A DNA stretch of 64,000 nt from an uncultured Actinomycetota bacterium (GCA_963726525.1 CAVSCS010000007.1:69410-133409); one strand, 5' to 3'. Shown: positions 11,758 to 25,329, counted from the stretch's first letter. Program-made: numbers and translations. The notes: generated by a model from the sequence alone, not told the origin.

Positions 11758-12426
11758 TCAGGCGCGGCCTGGCCGCGTGAGCTCGCGCAGCGCCGCGGTG
11801 TCGATGCCCGCGAGGGTGTCGGCGAAGACCCGACCCTCCCCCTCGAGGATCGGCACGTGGTGCGGCACGCACAGCACGGTGCACCCCGCGGCGACCGCGG
11901 ACTTGGCGCCCGTGTTGGAGTCCTCGATCGCCACGCAGTCCTGAGGCGCGACTCCGAGCTCGGCGGCCGCGGTGAGGTACGGCTCGGGGTGCGGCTTGCC
12001 GAACTCGACCCGGTCGCCGGTCACGACGCTGGCGAAGACGTCGTCGGGCAGCCGGCGCAGGATCGGGGCCACGAAGCGCTGCCACGACATCGTCACCAGC
12101 GCGCACGGCACGCCCTGGGCGTGCAGGTCGTCCAGCAGCTCGCGGGCGCCGGGCCGCCACGGCACCTCGACCTCGACCCGGGCGACGACGCCGTCGAGCA
12201 GCTCGTCGACGATCTGCTGGGGCGTGCGGTCGATGCCCATGTGGACCCGGATGTAGTCACCGGAGTCGAGCAGCGCGTTGCCGACGAGGTTCATCGCGTG
12301 CTCCTGCGACCACGTGCCGCCGTACTTCTCGGCCATCGCGTACTCGGTCTCGATCCAGTACGGCTCGGTGTCGACGAGCGTCCCGTCCATGTCCCACAGC
12401 ACCGCGGCCGGAAGTCCAGTCTCCAC
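11758..12426 (-). CDS. HAD-IA family hydrolase (phosphatase)
   Basis: Motif I AVLWDMDGTLVDTE, motif II LVTMS and motif IV AIEDSNTGAKSA. Confidence 0.8.
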   Translation of the reverse strand: METGLPAAVLWDMDGTLVDTEPYWIETEYAMAEKYGGTWSQEHAMNLVGNALLDSGDYIRVHMGIDRTPQQIVDELLDGVVARVEVEVPWRPGARELLDDLHAQGVPCALVTMSWQRFVAPILRRLPDDVFASVVTGDRVEFGKPHPEPYLTAAAELGVAPQDCVAIEDSNTGAKSAVAAGCTVLCVPHHVPILEGEGRVFADTLAGIDTAALRELTRPGRA

Positions 12427-12456
12427 GGCCTGCAGCCTAGACGGGCCCGGGACCGA

Positions 12457-14400
12457 TCAGTGCTTCGCGGCAGCCACGGGGAGGACCAGCCGGAAGGTCG
12501 TGGGCCGCTCGCCGTCCGGCGGCTCGTAGACGACCTCGCCCCCGTGACCCCTCACGATCTCGCGCACGAGGTAGAGGCCCAGGCCCGTGCCGCCGGCGGA
12601 GCCTCCCGTGGCGAACCGGTCGAAGAGCCGCGGGGTGAGCGTGTCGGGCACACCGGGACCTGCGTCGGTGACCTCCACGAGCACCTCGTCGCCACGCGCC
12701 TGCGCACGCACCCTGATCGGTGCGGCGCCGTGGCGAACGGCGTTGTCCACGAGGTTGTCGAGTGCCTGCGCCAGGCGCACCTCGTCCCCGTGGACGATGG
12801 CCTGGCTGTCGGCGTCGACCTCGACGTGGGCGTCCGGGGCGACCGCGGCGCGCCGCGCGGCGGCGCTGCGGACCAGCTCGTCGACGGGCACCGGAGCCAG
12901 CTCGACGTGCATGCCCCCGCCCTGCAGCTGCGACGCGGCCGCCAGGTCGGCGCCGAGGCGGCGCAGACGGTCGACGCTGCTGCGGATGCCGCGGAAGAAC
13001 TGGTCGCGCTCGTGGAGGGTCATCCGGGCGCCGGAGCGCTCGAGGACGTGCGCGCTGCCGTCGATCACGGCGGTCGGGTTGCGCAGCTCGTGGGCGGTGA
13101 CCGCCAGGAGCCGGGCCTGCTGGGCCATGGCGTCGAGCCGTTCCTGGGCGTGGCGCTGCTGCTCGGTCTGGTCGCGGGTGATCTTGGCGAAGCCGACGTG
13201 TCGCCCTGCCTCGTCGCGCAGGGCGGTGATGACCACACCCGCCCAGAACCGGCTGCCGTCGCGCCGCACGCGCCAGCCCTCCTCCGAGTGCGAGCCCGTG
13301 CGGAGGGCAGCCTCGAGGTTGTGCTCGGGATGACCGACCAGCTGCTCGCCGACGGGGTAGAAGACGCGGAAGTGCCGTCCGACGATCTCGTGGGACTCGT
13401 AGCCCTTGATGCGGCGGGCGCCGGCGTTCCAGCTCATCACCATGCCGTCGGTGTCGAGCATGTAGATCGCGTACTCCTCGACCGCGGCCACGAGCAGGCT
13501 GAAGTGCTGCTCGGTGAGGTGCAGCTCGTCCCGGGCAGCCAGCTGCGCGGTGATCTCCTGGACCTGCGCGAAGGCGTAGAGCACGTGCCCTGCGGAGTCA
13601 CGGACCGGGACGAGGGTCACGAGGGCGGTGCGGGCGCCCGTGGTGCCGGGCCGGTCCGGGATCCGGTGCTCGAAGGTCGCGACGTTGGTGCCGGCGGACC
13701 TGAAGTCCGCCAGCCGCTGGTCGAGGACGTCGCCGGCACCGCCGGTGAGCACCCCGTAGTCGATGCCGACCAGGTCGCGGGGCTCGCAGGACATGATGTC
13801 GGCGAGCGCCTGGTTGGCCCGCACGATGCTGGCGTCGACGGTGAGGGTGGCCATGCCGATCGCGGCCCGGTCGAACAGTGCCCGGAAGCCCTCGAGGTGC
13901 TCCTCGAGCACCGCCTGCTCGGCACTCCTCGGGTCGTCGACCGGTTCCGACGGGAGGGCGGTCGTCTCGGTGGTGGGTCGGTGGCCCGGCCCGCGCACGG
14001 CCCGCAGCAGCCGGTCGGGCAGCTCGTCCAGCGGGAGCGACTTCTCGATGACGTCCCGCGCGCCGAGTGCGCGCAGCTCCCGGACGAGGTCGGCGCCGCC
14101 GAATCCGCTGAACATCACCACCGTGGTCTCCGGCCGGACCGCGAGGATCGCCGGCAGGGTCTCGAGCCCGTCCATCGCGGGGATGGACACGTCGAGGAGC
14201 ACCAGCTCGGGCTGGTGACGCAGGACGAGGTCGACCGCGTGCTCGCCGTCCGCTGCCTCACCCACGACCTCGAACAGGCCCGACGACTCCAGTCGCGCCC
14301 GCACCAGCGCCCGTACGTCGGTGGAGTCGTCGACCAGCACCACGGTCGGCCTGGGCGACGAATCGACAGCGCCGACGAGGGACAGGCGTCCGGCTCCCAT
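12457..14400 (-). CDS. Hybrid signalling protein: N-terminal receiver (REC) - PAS - PAS - HisKA - HATPase_c histidine kinase
   Basis: The ATG at 14400 has GAGAGGAG upstream. REC: VVLVDDS...LVLLDVSIPAMDG. PAS: MSWNAGARRIKGYESHEIVGRHF. H-box: AVTAHELRNP. G-boxes: DAGPGV and GGTGLGLYL. Confidence 0.8.
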   Translation of the reverse strand: MGAGRLSLVGAVDSSPRPTVVLVDDSTDVRALVRARLESSGLFEVVGEAADGEHAVDLVLRHQPELVLLDVSIPAMDGLETLPAILAVRPETTVVMFSGFGGADLVRELRALGARDVIEKSLPLDELPDRLLRAVRGPGHRPTTETTALPSEPVDDPRSAEQAVLEEHLEGFRALFDRAAIGMATLTVDASIVRANQALADIMSCEPRDLVGIDYGVLTGGAGDVLDQRLADFRSAGTNVATFEHRIPDRPGTTGARTALVTLVPVRDSAGHVLYAFAQVQEITAQLAARDELHLTEQHFSLLVAAVEEYAIYMLDTDGMVMSWNAGARRIKGYESHEIVGRHFRVFYPVGEQLVGHPEHNLEAALRTGSHSEEGWRVRRDGSRFWAGVVITALRDEAGRHVGFAKITRDQTEQQRHAQERLDAMAQQARLLAVTAHELRNPTAVIDGSAHVLERSGARMTLHERDQFFRGIRSSVDRLRRLGADLAAASQLQGGGMHVELAPVPVDELVRSAAARRAAVAPDAHVEVDADSQAIVHGDEVRLAQALDNLVDNAVRHGAAPIRVRAQARGDEVLVEVTDAGPGVPDTLTPRLFDRFATGGSAGGTGLGLYLVREIVRGHGGEVVYEPPDGERPTTFRLVLPVAAAKH

Positions 14401-14527
14401 CGCAGCTCCTCTCGGGTCGTCGACCTCGCGGGACCGGGCCCCGGTCGACTCCGGGGCCCGCCGGGTTGGTGCCCCGGTCGCGTCCGGTCCATACCGCCAC
14501 CGCCCCGAGGGGGTGGGCGGTCTGCGG

Positions 14528-18305
<3,778 letters not shown>

Positions 18306-18450
18306 GGGCGGGGAGGTCCTCTCAGGCGGCGGTGACTGCCAGCCTAGGAACGCTGTCCGACACCCGGACTGGTTTCCCACATGGTGGCACCCGTCGAGAC
18401 GCGGGAGAAATCTCCGCGGGTCTGCTGGGAGTGCGCCCTAGGCTGGGTGG

Positions 18451-19296
18451 GTGATCGAGTTCGACGACGTCAAGGACCTGACCTCCCCCGTGGTGATCGC
18501 CGCCTTCGAGGGCTGGAACGACGCAGCGGACGCGGCCTCGGGCCTGGTCGACCACCTCATGGAGCAGTGGGACGCGCAGGTGATCGGCGCGATCGACCCC
18601 GAGGAGTTCTACGACTTCCAGGTCAACCGCCCCATGGTCGGCACCGACCAGCACGGCCACCGCCGCCTGACCTGGCCCACGACCCGCATCGCCGTCGCCC
18701 GCCCGGCCGAGCTCGAGCGCGACGTCATCCTGGTGCGCGGCATCGAGCCCAACATGCGCTGGCGCCAGTTCTGCGCCGAGCTGCTCGCCGCCTGCGACGA
18801 CCTCGGCGCCGAGCTGGTCGTGACGCTCGGGGCGCTGCTCGCCGACACCCCGCACACCCGTCCGATCCCGGTGACCGGCACCGCCAGCGAGCCCGAGCTC
18901 GTCGACCGCCTCGACCTCGAGCAGTCGACGTACGAGGGCCCCACCGGGATCCTCGGCGTCTTCAACGACGCCTGCACCCAGCTCGACATCCCGTCGGTCT
19001 CCTACTGGGCCGCGGTCCCCCACTACGTCGCCCAGCCGCCGTGCCCCAAGGCCACACTCGCCCTGCTCGGCCGGCTCGAGGAGCTCCTGCAGGCCCCCAT
19101 GCCGCTCGGCGACCTCATCGACGACGCCAAGGCGTGGGAGCGCGGGGTCGACGAGCTCGCCGCCGAGGACGAGGACGTCGCCGACTACGTCCGCGCCCTC
19201 GAGGAGACCCGCGACACCGCCGACCTCCCCGAGGCCAGCGGCGAGGCGATCGCCCGGGAGTTCGAGCGGTACCTGAAGCGCCGCGACACCGACTGA
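18451..19296 (+). CDS. PAC2 (proteasome assembly chaperone 2-like) family protein
   Basis: 281 aa. The N-terminus LTSPVVIAAFEGWNDAADAAS is typical of actinobacterial PAC2 proteins, and its position next to metH matches Rv2125. Confidence 0.8.
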   Translation: MIEFDDVKDLTSPVVIAAFEGWNDAADAASGLVDHLMEQWDAQVIGAIDPEEFYDFQVNRPMVGTDQHGHRRLTWPTTRIAVARPAELERDVILVRGIEPNMRWRQFCAELLAACDDLGAELVVTLGALLADTPHTRPIPVTGTASEPELVDRLDLEQSTYEGPTGILGVFNDACTQLDIPSVSYWAAVPHYVAQPPCPKATLALLGRLEELLQAPMPLGDLIDDAKAWERGVDELAAEDEDVADYVRALEETRDTADLPEASGEAIAREFERYLKRRDTD

Positions 19297-19302
19297 CCGC
19301 GG

Positions 19303-19580
19303 GGTGACTCGAGCGGACCTATGGCCGCTCGACGCACGCCATGGCGTGCGTCCAGCGTCAACGACGGGCGTCCAGTCCGCGTCCGGCGTCCCCAGGTGGG
19401 CTCGAGCGGACTAGTGTCCGCTCGACTCCCGGCATACCGGGCGTCAGGCGACCACAACGGGCGTCCAGTCCGCATTCGGCGTCCCTAGGTGGGCTCGAGC
19501 GGACTAGTGTCCGCTCGACTCCCGGCATACCGGGCGCTAGGCGACCACAACGGGCGTCCAGTCCGCATCCCGTCGGCTCG
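19303..19580. repeat. Three tandem ~92-93 bp intergenic repeat units, each carrying two hairpins
   Basis: Units start at 19303, 19395 and 19488. Units 2 and 3 are near-identical: GGTGGGCTCGAGCGGACTAGTGTCCGCTCGACTCCCGGCATACCGGGCG..CAACGGGCGTCCAGTCCGCAT. Unit 1 is diverged but keeps both hairpins through paired changes. Confidence 0.85.
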
Positions 19581-19623
19581 CGTCCAGGTCCGCGTCCGGG
19601 CGAGCCGCACCGGACGGCGTACG

Positions 19624-20862
19624 TCAGAGCCCGAGGCCGAGCGCGGCGTCGAGGAGCCGGTGGAGCGTGGCGGCGGCGTCGGGGTCGGAGGTGTCGGCCA
19701 GGCCGGTGGTGCCGACGGTGGCGTCGACCCACTCCTGGACGGCGGCGACCGCGGTCGGGGCGTCGAGGTCGTCGGCCAGCGCGGCCAGGACGCGCTCGAC
19801 GACGGGGGCCGCAGGGGCGCCGGCGCCGAGGGAGAGGGCACGGCGCCAGGCGGCGAGGGTGTCGACGGCGTCCCAGAGCTGGTCGTCGGTCCACTCCCAG
19901 TCGCTGCGGTAGTGGTGGCGCAGCAGGACCAGGCGGATCGCCATCGGGTCGACGTCGCTCATCCGGAGCGCGGAGACGAAGACCAGGTTGCCCTTGGACT
20001 TCGACATCTTCTCGCCGTCGTAGGCGACCATGCCGGCGTGGGCGTAGGCGCGCGCGAAGCGCTCACCGGGGTGGGCGACCTGGGCGTGGCCGGCCGACAT
20101 CTCGTGGTGCGGGAAGACCAGGTCGCTGCCACCGCCCTGCACGTCGAAGGACGTGCCGAGGTGGTCGAGCGCGATCGCGGAGCACTCGATGTGCCAGCCG
20201 GGGCGTCCGGGGCCCCACGGGCTCTCCCACGCCGGCTCGCCGGGACGCTCGGCGCGCCACAGCAGGCAGTCGAGCGGGTCCTTCTTGCCCTCCCGGTCGG
20301 GGTCTCCCCCGCGCTCCGGGAAGACCTGCAGCATCAGCTCGCGGTCCCAGCCCGAGACGGTGCCGAAGGCGTCGTCGGCACCGACGGAGAAGTAGAGGTC
20401 GTCGTCGACGCGGTAGACCGAGCCGGTCTCCTCGAGGCGCTGGATGAGCGCGATGACCTGCGGGATCGACTCCACGGCGCCGGTGTAGTGGTGGGGTGCG
20501 AGGACGCGCAGGGCCTCCATGTCCTCACGGAAGAGCTGGGTCTCGCGCTCGGCCAGCTCGACCCAGTCGACCTTCACCTTCGCGGCCCGCTCGAGCAGCG
20601 GGTCGTCGACGTCGGTGACGTTCTGCACGTAGGTCACCTCGTGACCGGCGTTGCGCCACGCGCGGTGGAGCAGGTCGAAGGCGACGTAGGTGGCGGCGTG
20701 GCCCATGTGGGTCGCGTCGTAGGGCGTGATGCCGCAGACGTAGAGCCGTGCCGGGCCCTCGGGCCGGGTCTCGACCAGCGCCGTCGTGGACGTGTCGTGC
20801 ACCCGGACGGCGGGGCCGGTCACGGGGAGCTCGGGAACCTCGGGGGACGTCCAGGCGCGCAT
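19624..20862 (-). CDS. mshC: L-cysteine:1D-myo-inositol 2-amino-2-deoxy-alpha-D-glucopyranoside ligase (mycothiol ligase)
   Basis: 412 aa and CysRS-like: [19 protein letters not shown] (HIGH region) and KMSKSKGN (KMSKS). It lacks an anticodon-binding extension, and the Rv2130c-like neighbourhood follows. Confidence 0.85.
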   Translation of the reverse strand: MRAWTSPEVPELPVTGPAVRVHDTSTTALVETRPEGPARLYVCGITPYDATHMGHAATYVAFDLLHRAWRNAGHEVTYVQNVTDVDDPLLERAAKVKVDWVELAERETQLFREDMEALRVLAPHHYTGAVESIPQVIALIQRLEETGSVYRVDDDLYFSVGADDAFGTVSGWDRELMLQVFPERGGDPDREGKKDPLDCLLWRAERPGEPAWESPWGPGRPGWHIECSAIALDHLGTSFDVQGGGSDLVFPHHEMSAGHAQVAHPGERFARAYAHAGMVAYDGEKMSKSKGNLVFVSALRMSDVDPMAIRLVLLRHHYRSDWEWTDDQLWDAVDTLAAWRRALSLGAGAPAAPVVERVLAALADDLDAPTAVAAVQEWVDATVGTTGLADTSDPDAAATLHRLLDAALGLGL

Positions 20863-20896
20863 GACGCGCAGCCTATCGACCGCCCGCCAGCGCGGG

Positions 20897-21727
20897 TCAG
20901 AAGGGCGGCCAGGGAATGACGGGGTACGCCGAGGAGGCGGGGGCCGGGAACTCGCCGCGCGCCAGCAGCCGGGTGACCCGGCGCACCGTGGTGGCGACCT
21001 CGTCCTCGGTCAGCAGGCCGGCCAGGGTGGCGCCCAGGTCGCCGTCGAGGGCAGCGCGCAGGCGCTGCAGGCCGGCGACCTCGTCGGCGACGAGCGGCTC
21101 CCCCACCCAGCCCCACAGGACGGTGCGGAGCTTGTTCTCGACGTGGAAGGTGAGTCCGTGGTCGACACCGTGGCGGTGCCCGTCCGGCATCGGCAGCACG
21201 TGGCCGCCCTTGCGGTCGGCGTTGTTGACCACCACGTCGAACACCGCCATCCGGCGCAGCGGCGACGAGTCCTCGTGGACCAGCGAGACGGGCTGGTCGT
21301 GGGCGTCGAGGCCGTCGAAGACGTGGCGGAAGCCGTCGGGCACGCGTGCCTCGCGGACGATGTCGACCGGGTCCTGGTCGTCGTCCTCGTCGCGCCACAG
21401 CTGCACCATGCCGATGCCGTGGGGCCCGTCGCGCAGGACCGTCGGGGGGACGACGTCCCAGCCGAGCGCCTCCGAGACGGCGTGGGCCGCGACCTCGCGC
21501 GCGGCGAGGGTGCCGTCGGGGAAGTCCCACAGGGGGCGCTCGCCGGCGACCGGCTTGTAGACCACCCGCACCCCGTCGATCTCGCCGACGAAGGTGGCGT
21601 TGGACGCCGGCAGGACCCGACCGTGCAGGGTCAGCTCGCCCTCGGGGATCTGGCGGGCGGCCTCGGAATCACGACCGGAGCCAGGACCGGAGCCAGGACC
21701 CGGGTCAGGGCTGGCGTCAGGGCTCAC
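20897..21727 (-). CDS. SCO1664 family protein (PI3/4-kinase-like fold, function unknown)
   Basis: 276 aa with the motifs [15 protein letters not shown] and [11 protein letters not shown]. It is the first member of the conserved trio downstream of mshC. Confidence 0.7.
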   Translation of the reverse strand: MSPDASPDPGPGSGPGSGRDSEAARQIPEGELTLHGRVLPASNATFVGEIDGVRVVYKPVAGERPLWDFPDGTLAAREVAAHAVSEALGWDVVPPTVLRDGPHGIGMVQLWRDEDDDQDPVDIVREARVPDGFRHVFDGLDAHDQPVSLVHEDSSPLRRMAVFDVVVNNADRKGGHVLPMPDGHRHGVDHGLTFHVENKLRTVLWGWVGEPLVADEVAGLQRLRAALDGDLGATLAGLLTEDEVATTVRRVTRLLARGEFPAPASSAYPVIPWPPF

Positions 21728-22301
21728 GGCGGCGGAAGCCGTTGGCGCGGACGCACAGGTGGCCGTCGGGGTCGACCGGCTCCCCGCAGAACGGGCAGTC
21801 GGGCCGTCCGGCCCCGATCACGCTGCGCGAGCGCTCGACGAAGGAGCGGGCGGCGGCCGCGGTGAGCCGGACCAGGAAGATCTCGTCGGGCTCGGGCTCG
21901 AGGAGGTCCTCGAGGTCCTCCTGGAGCTGCTCGGGCGAGACGACGGCGGCCTCGGTGAAGGGGAAGACCTCGATCACGACGCGCTCGTCGGCGGCGTCCC
22001 ACGACAGCGTCATCGTCCCGGCGCGGAACTGCTCGTCGATCGGCTGCTCGAGCGGGCGGTTGTCGAGCATGTCGCGCGGCGCGATCGCCGGGATCAGCAG
22101 GTCGTCGGGGGCCGCGGCCATCAGCTCGTCGAGCAGCTCGTCGACGCGCTCGGCCAGCGCGGACACCTGCTGCTTCTCCAGGGACACGCTGACCAGGCGG
22201 GTGCCCTCGCGGGCCTGGAGGAAGAAGGTGCGCTGGCCGGGTTCGCCGACGGTGCCGGAGACGAAGCGCTCGGGCGGGTCGAAGCGGTGCACGACGGGCA
22301 T
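21717..22301 (-). CDS. DUF3090 family protein
   Basis: From the ATG at 22301: MPVVHRFDPPERFVSGTVGEPGQRTFFLQA... with a C-terminal CPFCGEPVDPDGHLC zinc-ribbon-like motif. Confidence 0.7.
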   Translation of the reverse strand: MPVVHRFDPPERFVSGTVGEPGQRTFFLQAREGTRLVSVSLEKQQVSALAERVDELLDELMAAAPDDLLIPAIAPRDMLDNRPLEQPIDEQFRAGTMTLSWDAADERVVIEVFPFTEAAVVSPEQLQEDLEDLLEPEPDEIFLVRLTAAAARSFVERSRSVIGAGRPDCPFCGEPVDPDGHLCVRANGFRRREP

Positions 22302-22311
22302 GTCACTCACC

Positions 22312-23043
22312 CTAGGACCTCCCTGTCTGCGCAGCGGGAGGGGTGCCGGGCCCGGCACCGCCGCCGACCTCGGCGTCGGCCCGGCGCCGGCTGCGGGTCT
22401 TGCGCGGCGGGGTGAGCCAGGTCAGGTCGCCGGCGTGGGTGTTGGTGCCCAGGACGTAGGGGCGCGCCTCGGTGTAGCGCACGACCGACACGGAGGCCGG
22501 GTCGACGTGGATGCGCTGGAAGAGGTCGAGGTGGGTGCCCAGGGCGTCGGCGAGGATCGACTTGATGAGGTCGCCGTGGCTGACCGCGAGCCACACCGCG
22601 TCGTCGCCGTGCTCGGCGGCGATGCGGGCGTCGTGGCGCCGGATCGCGGCGACCGCGCGGTCCTGCATGGCGCGCATCGACTCACCGCCGGGGAAGGTCG
22701 CGGCCGAGGGCTGGGACTGCACCACCTTCCACAGCTTCTCCTTCGCCAGGTCCTTGAGCGCCTGGCCCTGCCAGTCGCCGTAGTCGCACTCGGTGAGCTG
22801 CTTGTCGGTGGTCGCCCGCATCGCCTGCGGCTGGTGGCGCAGGACCTCGCGGGCGGTCTCGCGGCAGCGCTCGAGGGGGCTGCTGACGGCCGCGGCGATG
22901 CGGACGCCGGAGAGCCGCTCGCCGACGGCGGAGGCCTGGGCGACGCCGGTGTCGTCGAGGTGGACCCCGGGGGTCCGACCCGCCAGCACGCCGGTCGCGT
23001 TGGCCGTCGAGCGGCCGTGCCGGACGAGGATCACGGTTGCCAT
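22312..23043 (-). CDS. Histidine phosphatase family protein (MSMEG_4193-type putative phosphomutase)
   Basis: It has the RHG catalytic motif (ILVRHGRSTAN), a second His (VSHGD) and a basic C-terminal tail. Confidence 0.8.
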   Translation of the reverse strand: MATVILVRHGRSTANATGVLAGRTPGVHLDDTGVAQASAVGERLSGVRIAAAVSSPLERCRETAREVLRHQPQAMRATTDKQLTECDYGDWQGQALKDLAKEKLWKVVQSQPSAATFPGGESMRAMQDRAVAAIRRHDARIAAEHGDDAVWLAVSHGDLIKSILADALGTHLDLFQRIHVDPASVSVVRYTEARPYVLGTNTHAGDLTWLTPPRKTRSRRRADAEVGGGAGPGTPPAAQTGRS

Positions 23044-23086
23044 GTCCCGACCCTAGTGCGGCCACCCGAGCGACTAGCCTGACGAG

Positions 23087-24067
23087 GTGATCGTGGACAA
23101 CGCCCTCTACCACCGCGGGTCCCGCGTCCCGCTGGGCAAGGAGGGGCACGAGAGCCTCGGGCACGCCCGGGTGCCGTGCGACCCGGGCGACTTCCAGTGG
23201 ATCGGCCTGCACGACCCCACGTCCGACGAGCTCGACCTCATCGCCCGTACCTTCGACCTGCACCCGCTCGCGGTCGAGGACGCCGGCGACTCCCACCAGC
23301 GGCCCAAGCTCGAGCGCTACGGCGACACGCTCTTCCTCGTGCTCAAGACGCTCTGGTACGTCGACGAGGAGGACGCCGTCGAGACCGGCGAGATCAACAT
23401 CTTCGTCGGCCGCGACTTCGTCGTGACGGTGCGCCACGGCCACGGCATCGACCTGGCCTCCGCGCGCCGCGACCTCGAGCTGCGCGCCCAGGTGCTCGAG
23501 CACGGTCCGATGGCGGTGCTCTACGCGATCTGCGACCGCGTCGTCGACGAGTACGAGAAGGTCGGCGCCGCGCTCGAAGAGGACGTCGACGAGGTCGAGG
23601 CCTCGGTCTTCTCCCCCGCGCGGACCAACGACGCCGACCGCATCTACGTCCTCAAGCGCGAGATCGCGGAGGTCCGCCGCGCGGTGCAGCCGCTGCGTGA
23701 GCCGATGCGGAAGTTCGCCCTGGGGGTGCACCCGGCCATCTCCGCCGAGACCGCGACCTACTTCCGCGACGTCGCCGACCACCTCCAGCGGGTCTCCGAG
23801 GTCGTCGACAACCTCGACCAGCTGCTGTCGACCGCCTTCGACGCCCACGTCGCGCGCATCTCGATGCAGCAGAACGAGGACATGCGCAAGATCTCCGCGG
23901 GTGCCGCGCTGGTCGTGGTGCCCACGCTGGTGGCCGGTGTCTACGGCATGAACTTCGACCACATGCCCGAGCTGCACTGGACCTACGGCTACCCCTACGC
24001 CCTCGTGCTGATGGCCTCGATGGTCACGGTCCTGTGGTTCTGGTTCAAGAGGTCCGGGTGGCTGTGA
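23087..24067 (+). CDS. corA: CorA family magnesium/cobalt transporter
   Basis: 326 aa with two C-terminal TM helices and the signature YGMNF (GVYGMNFDHMPE). Confidence 0.85.
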   Translation: MIVDNALYHRGSRVPLGKEGHESLGHARVPCDPGDFQWIGLHDPTSDELDLIARTFDLHPLAVEDAGDSHQRPKLERYGDTLFLVLKTLWYVDEEDAVETGEINIFVGRDFVVTVRHGHGIDLASARRDLELRAQVLEHGPMAVLYAICDRVVDEYEKVGAALEEDVDEVEASVFSPARTNDADRIYVLKREIAEVRRAVQPLREPMRKFALGVHPAISAETATYFRDVADHLQRVSEVVDNLDQLLSTAFDAHVARISMQQNEDMRKISAGAALVVVPTLVAGVYGMNFDHMPELHWTYGYPYALVLMASMVTVLWFWFKRSGWL

Positions 24068-25329
24068 GCCCCTCTCCCCCGCCCGCGTGGCGCGTGGTCT
24101 GGTGGTTCGGCTTCGTGAGCCTCTCGGCCGACATGGTCTACGAGGGCGCGCGGTCGGTCTACGGCCCGCTCCTCGCCGCGCTGGGAGCCTCCGCGGTGGT
24201 CGTCGGCCTGGTCACCGGGGCGGGCGAGGCGGTCGCGCTGGTCGCCCGGCTGGCGTTCGGACCGCTCGCCGACCGCACCGGCCGCTACTGGAGCCTGACG
24301 ATCGTGGGGTACGCGATGACGGCCGTGTGCGTGCCGCTGCTGGCCGTCTCGCCGCGCCTGGGATCGGCGGGCCTGGCCTTCGCCACGACCATGATCCTGC
24401 TCGAGCGGCTGGGCAAGGCGGTGCGCTCGCCGTCGAAGTCCGCACTGCTCGCCCACGCCGCCGCCGGTGTCGGGCGCGGGCGCGGCTTCGGCGTGCACAA
24501 GGCGCTCGACCAGGTCGGGGCCTTCGCCGGCCCGCTGGTCGTCGCGGGCGTGGTGGCGGTGGGCTCGCTCTGGTGGGGCATGGCCGTCCTGGCGGTGCCG
24601 GGAGCCGTCGCGATGCTGCTGCTCGTGGCCCTGCGCCGCCGGGTCCCCGATCCGTCGGTCTACGACGCCGCCGCGAGCGCCGCCCCGACGACCGCCCCTG
24701 GACCGGCCGCCACGACGGACCCCGTGCCGGCCCCGCGCGCCGGCTGGTGGTCGCAGGCGGTCGGCGTGGGCCTGCCCGCCCACTTCTTCCGCTACGCCGT
24801 CGCCGCGTCGCTGACCACCGGCGGGCTCGTCACCTTCGGCATCATCGGCTACCACCTCGTGGTCGAGGGCCTGGTCCCGGTCGCCTCGGTGCCGCTCGTC
24901 TACGCCGCTGCGATGGCCGTCGAGGCGGTCGCGGCGCTCGGCGTGGGCGCGGTCTACGACCGCACCGGGCCCCGCGTGCTGCTCCTGGTCCCCGTGCTGG
25001 TCGCGGTCGTGCCGGCCCTGGCCCTCGGCTCGACCCTCGCCGTGGTCCTCGTCGGGGTGGTCGCGTGGGGCTTCGCCCAGGGCGTGCAGGACTCCACCGT
25101 CAAGGCGGTCGTCGCCGACCTCGTCGAGCCGTTCCGTCGAGCGACGGCGTACGGCGTCTTCGCGGGCGTGCAGGGCCTGCTCGCCGTGGTCGGTGGCGTG
25201 GGTGCGGGCTGGCTCTACGAGCGCTCGCTGGTCGCGCTGGTCGTCGTCGTCGCGCTCACCCAGGTGGTGGCGCTGGTGCTGCTGGCGAGCACCCTCAGGC
25301 GCTCAGCACCCCGGCGCCCAGCAGGATGA
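24064..25329 (+). CDS. MFS transporter
   Basis: About 12 hydrophobic helices and an MFS loop motif, GPLADRTGR. The start is ambiguous: GTG at 24034, 24058 or 24064. I chose 24064, which overlaps the corA stop (GTGA). Confidence 0.7.
   Translation: MSPSPPPAWRVVWWFGFVSLSADMVYEGARSVYGPLLAALGASAVVVGLVTGAGEAVALVARLAFGPLADRTGRYWSLTIVGYAMTAVCVPLLAVSPRLGSAGLAFATTMILLERLGKAVRSPSKSALLAHAAAGVGRGRGFGVHKALDQVGAFAGPLVVAGVVAVGSLWWGMAVLAVPGAVAMLLLVALRRRVPDPSVYDAAASAAPTTAPGPAATTDPVPAPRAGWWSQAVGVGLPAHFFRYAVAASLTTGGLVTFGIIGYHLVVEGLVPVASVPLVYAAAMAVEAVAALGVGAVYDRTGPRVLLLVPVLVAVVPALALGSTLAVVLVGVVAWGFAQGVQDSTVKAVVADLVEPFRRATAYGVFAGVQGLLAVVGGVGAGWLYERSLVALVVVVALTQVVALVLLASTLRRSAPRRPAG

Noticed and set aside
18306-18450. 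Possible cobalamin riboswitch upstream of metH
   Set aside because: The intergenic region is only ~145 nt and is shared with the divergent PAC2 promoter. I could not find a convincing B12 box; AGGCTGGCAGTCACCGCC is a poor match. B12 riboswitches normally control metE or B12 transport rather than metH. An imperfect palindrome CGCGGGAGAAATCTCCGCG is present, but I cannot assign it.
19303-19620. CRISPR array or protein-coding repeat (ORF 19341..20447 encodes reiterated ...GGLERTSVRSTPGIPG...)
   Set aside because: The units are ~92 bp and directly abutting, with no unique spacers, and no cas genes are present. The ORF continues as the antisense shadow of mshC and has no coding signature.
25295-25329. 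35-nt convergent 3' overlap of the MFS transporter and uppP
   Set aside because: Both stops are fixed by the sequence, and such tail-to-tail overlaps are common in compact GC-rich genomes. Nothing further is supported.
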